The translations under genes were made by a program, and so were the position numbers. The notes under the pieces were generated by a model. It ran no database searches and was not told the origin of the DNA. It saw nothing but the letters and a program-made list of their open reading frames with translations. Positions 11,268 to 20,247 of a DNA stretch of 64,000 nt are shown piece by piece. The stretch is from an uncultured Pseudomonadota bacterium. Lineage in GTDB: Bacteria > Oederibacteriota > Muellerivitia > Muellerivitales > Muellerivitaceae. The stretch spans positions 309,047-373,046 of the forward strand of contig CAWJKT010000006.1 of the NCBI GenBank assembly GCA_963843375.1. Reading direction: 5' to 3'. Within the stretch, counting starts at the first letter, position 1. The number at the start of each line of letters is the position of its first letter.

Positions 11268-11663
11268 TTAACGTTTCGAGAACTGGAAGCGCCTGCGGGC
11301 CTTCTTGCGTCCATACTTTTTGCGCTCGACCATTCGCGGATCACGGGTAAGGAACCCGGCTGCTTTCAAGGGTTTACGCATCTCGGCGTCCACTTTAAGA
11401 AGGGCGCGGGAAATTCCATGCCGCAAGGCTTCGGCCTGACCGGTAACTCCGCCACCGGTAAGATTCGCGTACACGTCATACTTACCCAGGGCCGAAACGG
11501 TCTCCAAAGGCGATCTCACCACGGATAACTTCATCTCGGGAAAGAACTTTTCGATGGGCTTGCCATTGATGATAAACAGCCCCTTCCCCGGTCTTAAAAT
11601 TACACGAGCAACAGAGGTTTTCCGGCGTCCGGTTGCGGCGAATTGTTCTTTCGTGGCTGGCAC
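11268..11663 (-). CDS. rpsI: 30S ribosomal protein S9
   Basis: [28 protein letters not shown]. Confidence 0.98.
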   Translation of the reverse strand: MPATKEQFAATGRRKTSVARVILRPGKGLFIINGKPIEKFFPEMKLSVVRSPLETVSALGKYDVYANLTGGGVTGQAEALRHGISRALLKVDAEMRKPLKAAGFLTRDPRMVERKKYGRKKARRRFQFSKR

Positions 11664-11665
11664 TC

Positions 11666-12142
11666 TTATTCTCCTCTTTTGGTAGCGTTATGGGCCAAGA
11701 TCAATGGCTCGGGTTTTTGTGCGGAATGGGGATGGGTTTCGCCTTTATAAACATTCAATCGGCCGAACATTTTATCCCCCTGGGAAGACTTAGGCAGCAT
11801 GCCCTTGATGGCGTATTCCAAGATTCTTTCCGGCTTGGTGAGACGAAGATTCTTATACATGACTGTGGTCAAACCACCGGGACGCCCGGAAGTGCGGTGA
11901 TGGGCTTTCGTGTCCCACTTTTTTCCCGTCAACACAATCTTCTCGGCGTTGATAATGACCACATGGTCACCGTTTTCAACATGGGGGGTGAAAAGACGCT
12001 TGTGTTTACCCCTTAAAACCGCAGCCACTTGGGAAGTCAAACGGCCCAGAACCTGGTCCTTGGCGTCGATAATCCACCATTTGCGGTTAATGTCTTTTTG
12101 CGCGGCTAGAACTGTCTTTTGCATTTTGCTTACCTGGCTCAT
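11666..12142 (-). CDS. rplM: 50S ribosomal protein L13
   Basis: WWIIDA...LGRL...[20 protein letters not shown]. Confidence 0.98.
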   Translation of the reverse strand: MSQVSKMQKTVLAAQKDINRKWWIIDAKDQVLGRLTSQVAAVLRGKHKRLFTPHVENGDHVVIINAEKIVLTGKKWDTKAHHRTSGRPGGLTTVMYKNLRLTKPERILEYAIKGMLPKSSQGDKMFGRLNVYKGETHPHSAQKPEPLILAHNATKRGE

Positions 12143-12187
12143 CTTTCTTTAGAACTGCTTGTGCCTCAAAAGGGGACAAGGGCCTGA

Positions 12188-12216
12188 ATTATAGGGGTTT
12201 TCAATAGTGTGTCAAG
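12188..12216 (-). promoter_or_regulatory. sigma70 promoter of rplM-rpsI
   Basis: Consensus TTGACA and TATAAT on the minus strand at ~16-17 nt spacing, upstream of rplM. Confidence 0.8.
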
Positions 12217-12246
12217 GTTGGAAAGAGGCAAAAAAACAAGAAAACC

Positions 12247-13512
12247 TTAATGGGCTAAGCGCAAGCGGGGTTCCCCATGAACCATGGCGAAGGAGACCTT
12301 ATTGCGATACCCCAAAACCTGTTCAAAAAAATTAGAATTTTTGGCCTTTTTCCCCTGCAACAGGGGTAGGCCGATTAAATCGGCCAAATAACCCGGTTTG
12401 ATCCGCCCCAATTCATGGCCCATCCCCAATGCTTCAGCGGGCTTGCTAGTGACCATTGAAAGGATTTCTTAGGCGGCAACAGATGGGTTTTCTTTTTGAA
12501 ATAGCCGCATTTCCCTAAAAAGGGAAAGCGACTGGTTGCTGGCCAAGCTGTCGGTGCCCAGGCAGACTCGAATACCTCTCTGGCGCATTTTACGATATTT
12601 AAACGGAGCATGTTTAAAGAAACCGTGACTTCCGGGGCAATGAACCACGGCAATCCGGTTTTTAGCCAAGAGACGAAGGTCATTATCATTCACCTCATTT
12701 AAATGGACCCCCAAGTCCAGCCTTGGCAGCCAGCCTCTTTCCTTCAAATATTGCACAGGCGTTGTATGACGGGGAAGTATCCAGCTTGGATTCAAAGCTT
12801 CGATACTTTTTGCCAGAGGTCCGGAGGCGCTCTTAAATAATCGCTTTTCCTCCTGGCTTTCGGCGATATGAATCGTGGTTAAAATATCTTTTCTTGAATC
12901 CAAATAGCGGTTTACCAGTTCGAACAATTCCTTTGAAACTGTAAAAGGAGTGTGGGGGCTTAAACCCCAATGAAAAATCGCGGTTGGCGGCGCTTGGCGA
13001 AGTTGTTCTTGAAGCTTTCCGATGAACTTTTTCCAATAGGCCTTCGGCGAATTTTGAATTAGATCGAATATTTCAAAAAAAACAAAAGTCCTCAGTCCCG
13101 AACGACGCAAAAGAGGCCAACTTTCCCAGCTTGTGGAAACATCACACAGGGTCGTGGTTCCATAGGATATGCTTTCCCGAATACCCGTTTGGATCGATTG
13201 TTTGAATTCAGCCGGAGTAGTTTGGCGCGATCGGGCTCCCATGCGTTTGAGCCAGTCAATGAATGTCCCCCGGTAAGGAACCTTTCCCCTCAAGGCCGTG
13301 AAGTCCAGGTGACAATGGGCGTTAATCAACCCAGGCAACAGAATCGTTTCTCCCAAGTCGAGTATTCGAACCGAGGGAAGAAGGTATAAATCTTTTCGCT
13401 TTCCCACTTGGAGAATTCGGGAACCCTGGATCATCACGAATCCATCCTCAATCGGTTGAGGACGTTCCATGGTCAGGATGCACTTGGAAAAAAGGACCAA
13501 TCGTTGGCTCAT
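12247..13512 (-). CDS. metal-dependent amidohydrolase, candidate aminodeoxyfutalosine deaminase (in-frame TAA at 12469-12471)
   Basis: PGLINAHCHL, SPHTPFTVS, HIAES, HCPGS, GTDSLASN; C-terminal GRIKPGYLADL continues in the same frame after the stop. Confidence 0.8.
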
Positions 13513-13580
13513 GGGCTATAGGTTAACAGCATAAAAAAAATGATTACAATCAATTTCGCTTCAATTACTTAAGAGAAATA

Positions 13581-13609
13581 TTGACCTCGGCCTCAAGGTT
13601 CCTTAAAGT
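13581..13609 (+). promoter_or_regulatory. putative sigma70 promoter of the GT9 gene
   Basis: TTGACC-N17-TAAAGT ending 12 nt before the ATG. Confidence 0.45.
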
Positions 13610-13621
13610 AGCGAAAATCAT

Positions 13622-14926
13622 ATGCTCGATAATAAGTTTCAAAAAACCCTATTTCATTTGACTAGTGTCCTGACGACTTGGTTTCCCAGGGGCGGGGCAT
13701 GGTTCTTCGATCACACCCTCCCGCACATCGTGGGCAACAAGACCCTCGTAAAACAAATCTTCAAAAAAAACCTCAGGACCGTCAAAAGTGTTCCCCAGTT
13801 CAATAAAATACTGGTTATTCCCGATATTCATATTGGCGACGCGGTCATGATGCAGGGGGCGGTACAGGCTTTCCGGGATTTTTTCCCTGAAGCCCGTATC
13901 GATTACGTCATCAAGAAATCCGTAGCCTGCTTGATTGACGGAAATCCAGCCATCTCAAACCTTTATCCCCTGTTCACCGGCACGATCTTCCCTACTGAAA
14001 ATGATGTGGAGAGCATTAAAAAATTGGTTGCCGAAAACCAATACGATCTTTGCTTTAATTGCTCCCCTTTTTTCGAGGATGGCCGTCTTTTTCCTAAAAA
14101 CCAAAAAATCCTAAATTTCCTGACCGTTGCCCCCCAAATGACCCGAAACGACCTCGACCAAGTCAGTCTCAACCATTTCCTTTTTCAATCCTATATGTTT
14201 GTGGATAAATTGCTGAATAAAACAACCGGTGCACATCCTTCAAAGGTCTTTCCAGGCGTACCGGTCACCCTTTCGGACGAAGCCTTCCAAAAAGCGAAAG
14301 ATCTTCTCAATCAAACGGGAACACCCGAGGGAAAACCGTTGGTTTTCTTAAATCCCGATACGGCATCCCCTTACACCCTGATCCCCTTCGAGCACCAAGC
14401 CACCCTGTTAAAACGAATGTTGGAATTGGACGTCACAGTTCTTTTCGGAACAGCTTTTGTTCATAAGGACGTCGAGAAAAAACTCTTGGAAAATCTTTCG
14501 GCGGGTGAAAAAAAGAAGGTTATAACCATTCCTCAAACCTTGCCTATCGAAGCTTATGCCGCGCTGGTAGACTTTGCCGATGTGTTCATTTCGGGCGATA
14601 CCGGCCCCCTGCATATCGCTGCGGCCCGCAAATTCTCAAAAACCGGAAACATAAAGTTCCAGAACAAAACTTTTGTCATCTCTGTTTTCGGAGCAACCCC
14701 GGCGCGAATGTCGGGATATGATTCCACTAATCCTTTATTCCCGCCGGCAAATCAGGACGTTCAATCAAGAACCTACGTTTCCAAAAGCCCTTGCCGCAAT
14801 ATCACCTGCGTGAACAAGATGGCAAAAACATGTAAGACGGTGAGATGTTTTGAAGTGCTGGATGTTGAGAACATCGCTTCAGACATCAAACTTCATTTGG
14901 AAAACTTAAAATCTCCCACGGCCTAA
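13622..14926 (+). CDS. glycosyltransferase family 9 (heptosyltransferase-like)
   Basis: ILVIPDIHIGDAVM, FPEARIDY, ISGDTGPLHIAAA, SVFGAT, C-terminal C-x4-C...C...C. Confidence 0.9.
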   Translation: MLDNKFQKTLFHLTSVLTTWFPRGGAWFFDHTLPHIVGNKTLVKQIFKKNLRTVKSVPQFNKILVIPDIHIGDAVMMQGAVQAFRDFFPEARIDYVIKKSVACLIDGNPAISNLYPLFTGTIFPTENDVESIKKLVAENQYDLCFNCSPFFEDGRLFPKNQKILNFLTVAPQMTRNDLDQVSLNHFLFQSYMFVDKLLNKTTGAHPSKVFPGVPVTLSDEAFQKAKDLLNQTGTPEGKPLVFLNPDTASPYTLIPFEHQATLLKRMLELDVTVLFGTAFVHKDVEKKLLENLSAGEKKKVITIPQTLPIEAYAALVDFADVFISGDTGPLHIAAARKFSKTGNIKFQNKTFVISVFGATPARMSGYDSTNPLFPPANQDVQSRTYVSKSPCRNITCVNKMAKTCKTVRCFEVLDVENIASDIKLHLENLKSPTA

Positions 14927-14934
14927 ATCTTTCT

Positions 14935-15375
14935 TCATTTAATCTTTTTCGACTCCGCTAATAACCACATTTCCTTATCAATGTTATCCATTGCGTCATT
15001 CCGCTTCTTATTCCATACGGATATTTGATCCGCAGCCTCAAGCCGGACATGGTCCGCCAAACTTTTGTCCCGCCTTGTATCCTCAATATTCCACAGGTGA
15101 ATGTTGGCATCGATAAGGTTCTGTATTACTTTCGCCAGGCCTTCGGACTTTTCAATCTTATTGTCCTGGTGGGCGTAATTCTTGAGCTTGGGCTGTTTTA
15201 TTGCCCATTCATCACAAATTTCGCCCTTATATATCTTGGAAATAGTTTCATTAATCTCGTTTTTTAACCTCTCGGCCGCTTCATTTAATATTCGCAGAGA
15301 TTCCGGATCTGTTGTGTGATCCCTTCTAATTTCCAAAATCGATAACTTATCAACAAGACTTCCGATTGTGTCCAT
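14935..15375 (-). CDS. DUF4254/DUF6165-like helical protein
   Basis: DTIGSLVDKLSILEIR at the N-terminus and NxxLWxxED..R...N..RND..D.ID at the C-terminus. Confidence 0.65.
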   Translation of the reverse strand: MDTIGSLVDKLSILEIRRDHTTDPESLRILNEAAERLKNEINETISKIYKGEICDEWAIKQPKLKNYAHQDNKIEKSEGLAKVIQNLIDANIHLWNIEDTRRDKSLADHVRLEAADQISVWNKKRNDAMDNIDKEMWLLAESKKIK

Positions 15376-15634
15376 CCCACCACCCCGTTATTGAATTTTA
15401 ATGTCGGATACGGTTAGTGTTTCCGTCATTGCCTTTTCCTATCCGCTAATTTGGACGTCCTGTGATGGATTTACGTTTCGCGGGCCCACCTGCCGAAACA
15501 TTATTTACTCAAACAAAAGGTCAAAGTCTATAGGAAACCGTATGTTTTGAAAGACTGGCAAGCGGGATTACTAGTGAAGACACAAAAGAGAAATCGGAAA
15601 CATTAAAATGATTTGGTTCGAAGGATATCTCAAG

Positions 15635-16534
15635 TTACTTCGTGACATATCGCTCCATCTTTTCAAACTTATCAAAAGGTTTTTTATCCCTTGATAAACG
15701 GCCCCTTCCCTTCAAAACATTCAATTCCTCGTTTGTCGGCTTCACCAAATAAGTGGACGGGGTCAAGTAATCAAAATAAATGCCCCGCTTCCCCAACTTT
15801 TTAATATTGGCTTCCATCATCTTCAGGGAAATGGGCGCGGAAGAGGCCATTCGATAAGTCCATCCCATTCCAAAACATGGCATCTCCACCCGTGCCGTAA
15901 GGATATTGGGGAAAACCGAATGGAAGGTCTTGTAGATAGTGGCAAAGGACTCAGGAAAGAGATAGTAATTGTCCGTGTGAATTGCGATTAGCCCTTTATG
16001 ATTCAGTCGCTTTTTACAAAGCCTATAAAACTCCTGTGTATAAAGCATCTTGGAAGGCCCATGGGGCTCAGTAAGGTCGATGATGAGGATGTCAAAAGTT
16101 TCCGGATTCTCCTCTAACCATTTACGCGCGTCCTTGTAGATGATCTCGACCCGTTTGTCCTTCAGGCATTTTTCAATAACGGGGTAATGCTTGCGGCAAA
16201 ACTCCACCACGCCCTTGTCGATTTCCAGCATCAGAATGCGCTTTAAGCTTTTGAACTTGATGGCTTCCTCGATGGCAAAGCAGTCCCCGCCGCCGACAAT
16301 ACAGATATTTTCCGGACTCTTGTGGGCCAAAAGGGGAGCCGAAACAAGGTACTGGTGATAGCGGTTTTCGTCGCCGTGGCTGATCTGTATCTTCCCATCT
16401 AGGAAAAGCATGGTACCAAAAGTATCGTCCTTGAATATTTCCATGGTTTGAAAAGGCGTCTTCCCCTTGTAAAGGGAACGACCCTTATAAACATGTCCAA
16501 AGGTGTTGGTGGTCCACTCGGTCTTCACGGGCAT
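15635..16534 (-). CDS. speE: polyamine aminopropyltransferase (spermidine synthase family)
   Basis: KTPFQ, LFLDGKIQ, DE.RYH, IVGGGD, EID, DA, IIDLTEP, LYTQEFY. Confidence 0.85.
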   Translation of the reverse strand: MPVKTEWTTNTFGHVYKGRSLYKGKTPFQTMEIFKDDTFGTMLFLDGKIQISHGDENRYHQYLVSAPLLAHKSPENICIVGGGDCFAIEEAIKFKSLKRILMLEIDKGVVEFCRKHYPVIEKCLKDKRVEIIYKDARKWLEENPETFDILIIDLTEPHGPSKMLYTQEFYRLCKKRLNHKGLIAIHTDNYYLFPESFATIYKTFHSVFPNILTARVEMPCFGMGWTYRMASSAPISLKMMEANIKKLGKRGIYFDYLTPSTYLVKPTNEELNVLKGRGRLSRDKKPFDKFEKMERYVTK

Positions 16535-16585
16535 GGTTAAATCTCCTGAGGAGTTAAAGAATAGGGGGGATTATAGCGGAAATAG

Positions 16586-16618
16586 AAAAACCTTCCCCAA
16601 AATTAAGGAAAGGTTTTT
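16586..16618. terminator. possible terminator downstream of the TPR gene
   Basis: Imperfect inverted repeat AAAAACCTTCC...GGAAAGGTTTTT. Confidence 0.45.
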
Positions 16619-16642
16619 AAAGGGGGTGTTAGGCCCTGATTA

Positions 16643-17062
16643 TTATTGGTTATACGTGTAATAGGTCTGTATATAAACGGGAGTTCCAATGGGCTGGGGT
16701 TCGGACTCCACGGGTCGCATGGGGATATCCAAAGACCCTGATTTTAAATCAGTGTAAACTTTTACCAGTTTGGGATTATGGGGATTGATCTTAAGGCTCT
16801 CTTCAAAAGCTTTCATTGCGGATTCTTTTTCTCTTAACTCAAAATAACAATAGCCCACCATTTGATAAGACTGCCAGAAAGTCCAGTTTTCATCGATGGC
16901 CAGTTGAAACCGCACCAGTGCCGCCTCATAACGGCCCTGCCCGTATAAGTCGAGGCCTTTTTTGTAGTCGCTCTCCGGGGTCACTTGGGGATCTCCCCAC
17001 AAAAAAATAGGCATCAGGAACACAGAGCCTATCAGAAAGAATAAAGTCTTAGATTTTCTCAT
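16643..17062 (-). CDS. secreted tetratricopeptide repeat protein
   Basis: Signal peptide; two TPR units (YKKGLDLYGQGRYEAA; VGYCYFEL...AFEESLKINP). Confidence 0.8.
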   Translation of the reverse strand: MRKSKTLFFLIGSVFLMPIFLWGDPQVTPESDYKKGLDLYGQGRYEAALVRFQLAIDENWTFWQSYQMVGYCYFELREKESAMKAFEESLKINPHNPKLVKVYTDLKSGSLDIPMRPVESEPQPIGTPVYIQTYYTYNQ

Positions 17063-17326
17063 GAATAAGACAAAGCCTTTTTTAGAAATTTCTAAACTTT
17101 TTATTAAAATCGTTTTTACGAAAGATTGGATCTTTCTTCACATTCAAATCATACTCTTCCATCAACACTTTTGAAACTAGCTATTTTCCTGGGAAAATGC
17201 CCTATTCCTTATCATGCTTAACCTCTAGACGGCTTTCTTTCAATTTAATCCAAATAAATTTACACGGTAAAATCCCTTCTAAAAACACAATCGAAGTCCA
17301 AAGTGGTTAATTAGACGAGGGATTAT

Positions 17327-17722
17327 TCAGGAAGTTTTTGAAGGTTTTCCAAAGGTAGCTTGAATCGTGGAATGCATTCCGCCGCGGGTAGAAAATTGCC
17401 CCGAAACCCGGCACCATTTAGGTTTGGAGGCGGCCACAAAATCTCGCAACATACGATTGACGGCGTTCTCATAAAAAATTCCGACATTGCGATAAGCCAG
17501 AATATAGCCCTTCAAGGATTTGAGTTCCAAAACCTGTTTCACGGGCTCGTATTCAAGGATGATAGTTCCAAAATCCGGCAAGCCTGTTTTGGGACAAACC
17601 GCGGTGTACTCGGGTATTTCAATTCGTATGGTATAGCCCGAAAAGTGATTGGGAAAAGTTTCTATGCCTGGCAGTTTGGCGTTCAATCCGGCCTTGGCGT
17701 GGCCCTCGTTGTATTCTTTCAT
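17327..17722 (-). CDS. queF: NADPH-dependent preQ0 reductase (short type I)
   Basis: CPKTGLPDF, QueF motif ELKSLK, FYE, RGG. Confidence 0.95.
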   Translation of the reverse strand: MKEYNEGHAKAGLNAKLPGIETFPNHFSGYTIRIEIPEYTAVCPKTGLPDFGTIILEYEPVKQVLELKSLKGYILAYRNVGIFYENAVNRMLRDFVAASKPKWCRVSGQFSTRGGMHSTIQATFGKPSKTS

Positions 17723-18165
17723 TTCCTGGTTTTCCCTTTTTTATTTCTCACCGACTTAGGTTTGGATTTTTTGGCCTTGACCGGACGGCCCGATTCGGGG
17801 TGTCCCAGGTGGTCGGTAAAACCCACAATATTTCCCCAAGGATCCGCCACTTCCACCAGTAACCCCGTTGGAAGTTTTAAGGGTTCACGGACCAAAATTA
17901 TCCCCCGTTCATTCAGGAGTGCCAACGACCTTTGGGTATCGGGAACTTCCACCCAAAAACGGGCTCTCTCTGGAACAAGCGGTTGGGCGGGGATGTCTTC
18001 TTTTTTTAATACTAATCCTGGAAGTTCGAAACCTACCGCCATGACACAAATGTCCAAAGCATCCAATCGGAATTTGACCAAAAAACCCAACTTTTCATAG
18101 AAGGTCACAGCTTGATTCAAGTCTCCAACCGTGAAAATAACATTGTCGAAGCCCAGGATATCCAT
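17719..18165 (-). CDS. VOC/glyoxalase family protein
   Basis: VGDLNQAVTFYEKLGF...ADPWGNIVGF; 4-nt overlap with queF. Confidence 0.88.
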   Translation of the reverse strand: MDILGFDNVIFTVGDLNQAVTFYEKLGFLVKFRLDALDICVMAVGFELPGLVLKKEDIPAQPLVPERARFWVEVPDTQRSLALLNERGIILVREPLKLPTGLLVEVADPWGNIVGFTDHLGHPESGRPVKAKKSKPKSVRNKKGKTRK

Positions 18166-18195
18166 GAAACCCTTTAAATCTTTTTGGACTGATCC

Positions 18196-19272
18196 CTAAT
18201 TGATTAATTTATAAAATGTGTCCCGTTGGTGTGGTTCATAACCCATTTCTCGGATCAACCGTTGCATTTCTTCCAGACTCATAAGATATCGGAGTCCTGT
18301 GGCAGCGACCACGTTCTCCTCCAACATAATGCTTCCCAAATCGTTAGCGCCGTACTTGAGCCCCAATTGGCCGATCTTTTTGCCCGGGGTTACCCAGGAA
18401 GCTTGTAGGTTAGGCAACTTGTGGTTCAGGATGATACGGGATATAGCAAGAGTTTTTAGATATTCCTGTCCACTGGCGCTTTTTAATCCCAAACTCTCAT
18501 TACCCGGTTGGTACAACCAGGGAATGAAACCGAGAAATCCGCCGGTCTCCTCCTGGAGTTCTCGGATGAGGAAAACATGCTCGATGCGTTCCTCAATGGT
18601 TTCCACGTGACCGAACATCATGGTGGCGGTGGAACGCATCCCAAGGGAATGCACGTCTCTCATGACGCCCAACCATTCCGAAGTTGTGGCCTTCAGCGGA
18701 GCGATTTCTTTTCGCACCCGGTCCGAGAGAATTTCGGCTCCCCCGCCCGGCATGGAATCCATTCCCGCCTCCTTGAATTTTTTGAGGATCTCGATCACCG
18801 GCATGCCAAATAGTCCCGAAAAATGGACCAATTCAGGCGGTGAAAAGGAATGGAGAGTGATATCCGGATGGGCCTGTTTAATTCTGAAAAGAGTATTCAA
18901 GTACCAATCCAAGGTCAAATCGGGATGATGACCTCCTTGCAAAAGAATCTGCGTGCATCCCTTTTGCTTGGCTTCCGCGATCTTATGGATGATCTTTTCC
19001 GCCTCGTTGACATAGCCTTCCTTTGTATCGCCAGGTTCGCGGTAAAAAGCGCAGAATTTGCAATAGGTCACGCAGACATTGGTGTAATTGATATTACGGT
19101 CAATCAGGTAGGTGGCGGTCTTATCGCCCTTGGAGCGGACTTTCAGGGTATCGGCTATCGCCCCCAATTCATTCAAGCTGGATCTTTGGAAAAGTTCCAG
19201 GGCCTCTTTGCGGTTCACGACATATCCGTCGAGTACCTTTTCTTGGAGAGTTTCAATCGTCGAGGTTGTCAT
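18196..19272 (-). CDS. mqnC: cyclic dehypoxanthine futalosine synthase (radical SAM)
   Basis: DRNINYTNVCVTYCKFCAF, LQGGHHP, PGGGAEIL, NLQASWVT, GANDLGSIMLEENVV. Confidence 0.93.
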   Translation of the reverse strand: MTTSTIETLQEKVLDGYVVNRKEALELFQRSSLNELGAIADTLKVRSKGDKTATYLIDRNINYTNVCVTYCKFCAFYREPGDTKEGYVNEAEKIIHKIAEAKQKGCTQILLQGGHHPDLTLDWYLNTLFRIKQAHPDITLHSFSPPELVHFSGLFGMPVIEILKKFKEAGMDSMPGGGAEILSDRVRKEIAPLKATTSEWLGVMRDVHSLGMRSTATMMFGHVETIEERIEHVFLIRELQEETGGFLGFIPWLYQPGNESLGLKSASGQEYLKTLAISRIILNHKLPNLQASWVTPGKKIGQLGLKYGANDLGSIMLEENVVAATGLRYLMSLEEMQRLIREMGYEPHQRDTFYKLIN

Positions 19273-20216
19273 TAAAGAATTAATCCCTCTTCTTTTAGTA
19301 ACTTCTCGAACTCGATCTGTCCCTGTACTTCGACTGCCGTGTATTTGTAGTCGATATTCTTTTCCAAGTATTCCTTAGCCTGGGGTTTGTGGAAAACCCA
19401 GATCCCGTGGTATTGGTCGACGATTTCCTGGAGGTGCTTCAATCCTTCGGTCTTGCTGGCCAGGAGATCCATCTCGATCTCACGGGCCACAGCCACGTTA
19501 CGGGCCATCCATACCGCGAAAACAAAAGGTTTCTGTGTGCGCAATTGCCATTCCTCGCCTAAATCCATTATCGTCATGCCAGTCGGAGCGGATTCCAGGG
19601 CAATATCCCCGAATTGGAGGGTCGCCTCCCATGGTTTGATTTGGTTGGGCTTAAAGGTTTGCATATCCACACTCTTCACTTCTAAATTCTTCACCCCATA
19701 CCACTTTTTAAGGATAAGGCGCGCTAACAAAACAGAAGTCTGGGAGCGGGAATCCGCGAAGAGCTTGGTCACCGTATGCCAGGGAGCGTTACCTAGGAGC
19801 CTCACGCTCTTCACCGGTCCTTTGCAACCGATGGCAGCCACGGGCACCACTTGTAGTTCGGGATTCAGAAATTTCACTACAATGGGGGCCAAGGCCACGT
19901 CCAAACGGCCCTCTTTAAGCAACCCGCCCATTTCATTGGGAGCCACTGGGAATAGTTGATGATGATTTTTCATGTCCCAAACGAGGGGTTGGGCATTGAG
20001 AAATGGAACAATCCCTATCTTCATGGGTTTGGCAATAAATTTGACGGGTTGAGCAGGAGCGGGGGCTGGAGGCGCGGCGGTAGCGGTGGCCGCCACCGAC
20101 CCCGCTGCCGGAGCGGTAGTAGTCGGGGTTGATGGGGTCGTGATCGCGGCGGGGGCAGGAGCCGGTTTGGGGGCTGGGGCCGGCGCGGCAGGACTCGTGG
20201 CTGGCGATTCGCTCAT
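19272..20216 (-). CDS. mqnA: chorismate dehydratase with a Pro/Ala/Thr-rich N-terminal extension
   Basis: IGIVPFLNAQPL, GPVKSV, SQTSVLL, GDIAL, DLGEEW...PFVFAVW; lies between mqnE and mqnC. Confidence 0.9.
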   Translation of the reverse strand: MSESPATSPAAPAPAPKPAPAPAAITTPSTPTTTAPAAGSVAATATAAPPAPAPAQPVKFIAKPMKIGIVPFLNAQPLVWDMKNHHQLFPVAPNEMGGLLKEGRLDVALAPIVVKFLNPELQVVPVAAIGCKGPVKSVRLLGNAPWHTVTKLFADSRSQTSVLLARLILKKWYGVKNLEVKSVDMQTFKPNQIKPWEATLQFGDIALESAPTGMTIMDLGEEWQLRTQKPFVFAVWMARNVAVAREIEMDLLASKTEGLKHLQEIVDQYHGIWVFHKPQAKEYLEKNIDYKYTAVEVQGQIEFEKLLKEEGLIL

Positions 20217-20247
20217 GATGGATTCCTCTTTAACAAGTTTTTTGAAT

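Noticed and set aside
17063..18196. preQ1 riboswitch near queF
   Set aside because: queF overlaps the upstream VOC gene with no leader, and I saw no preQ1 consensus
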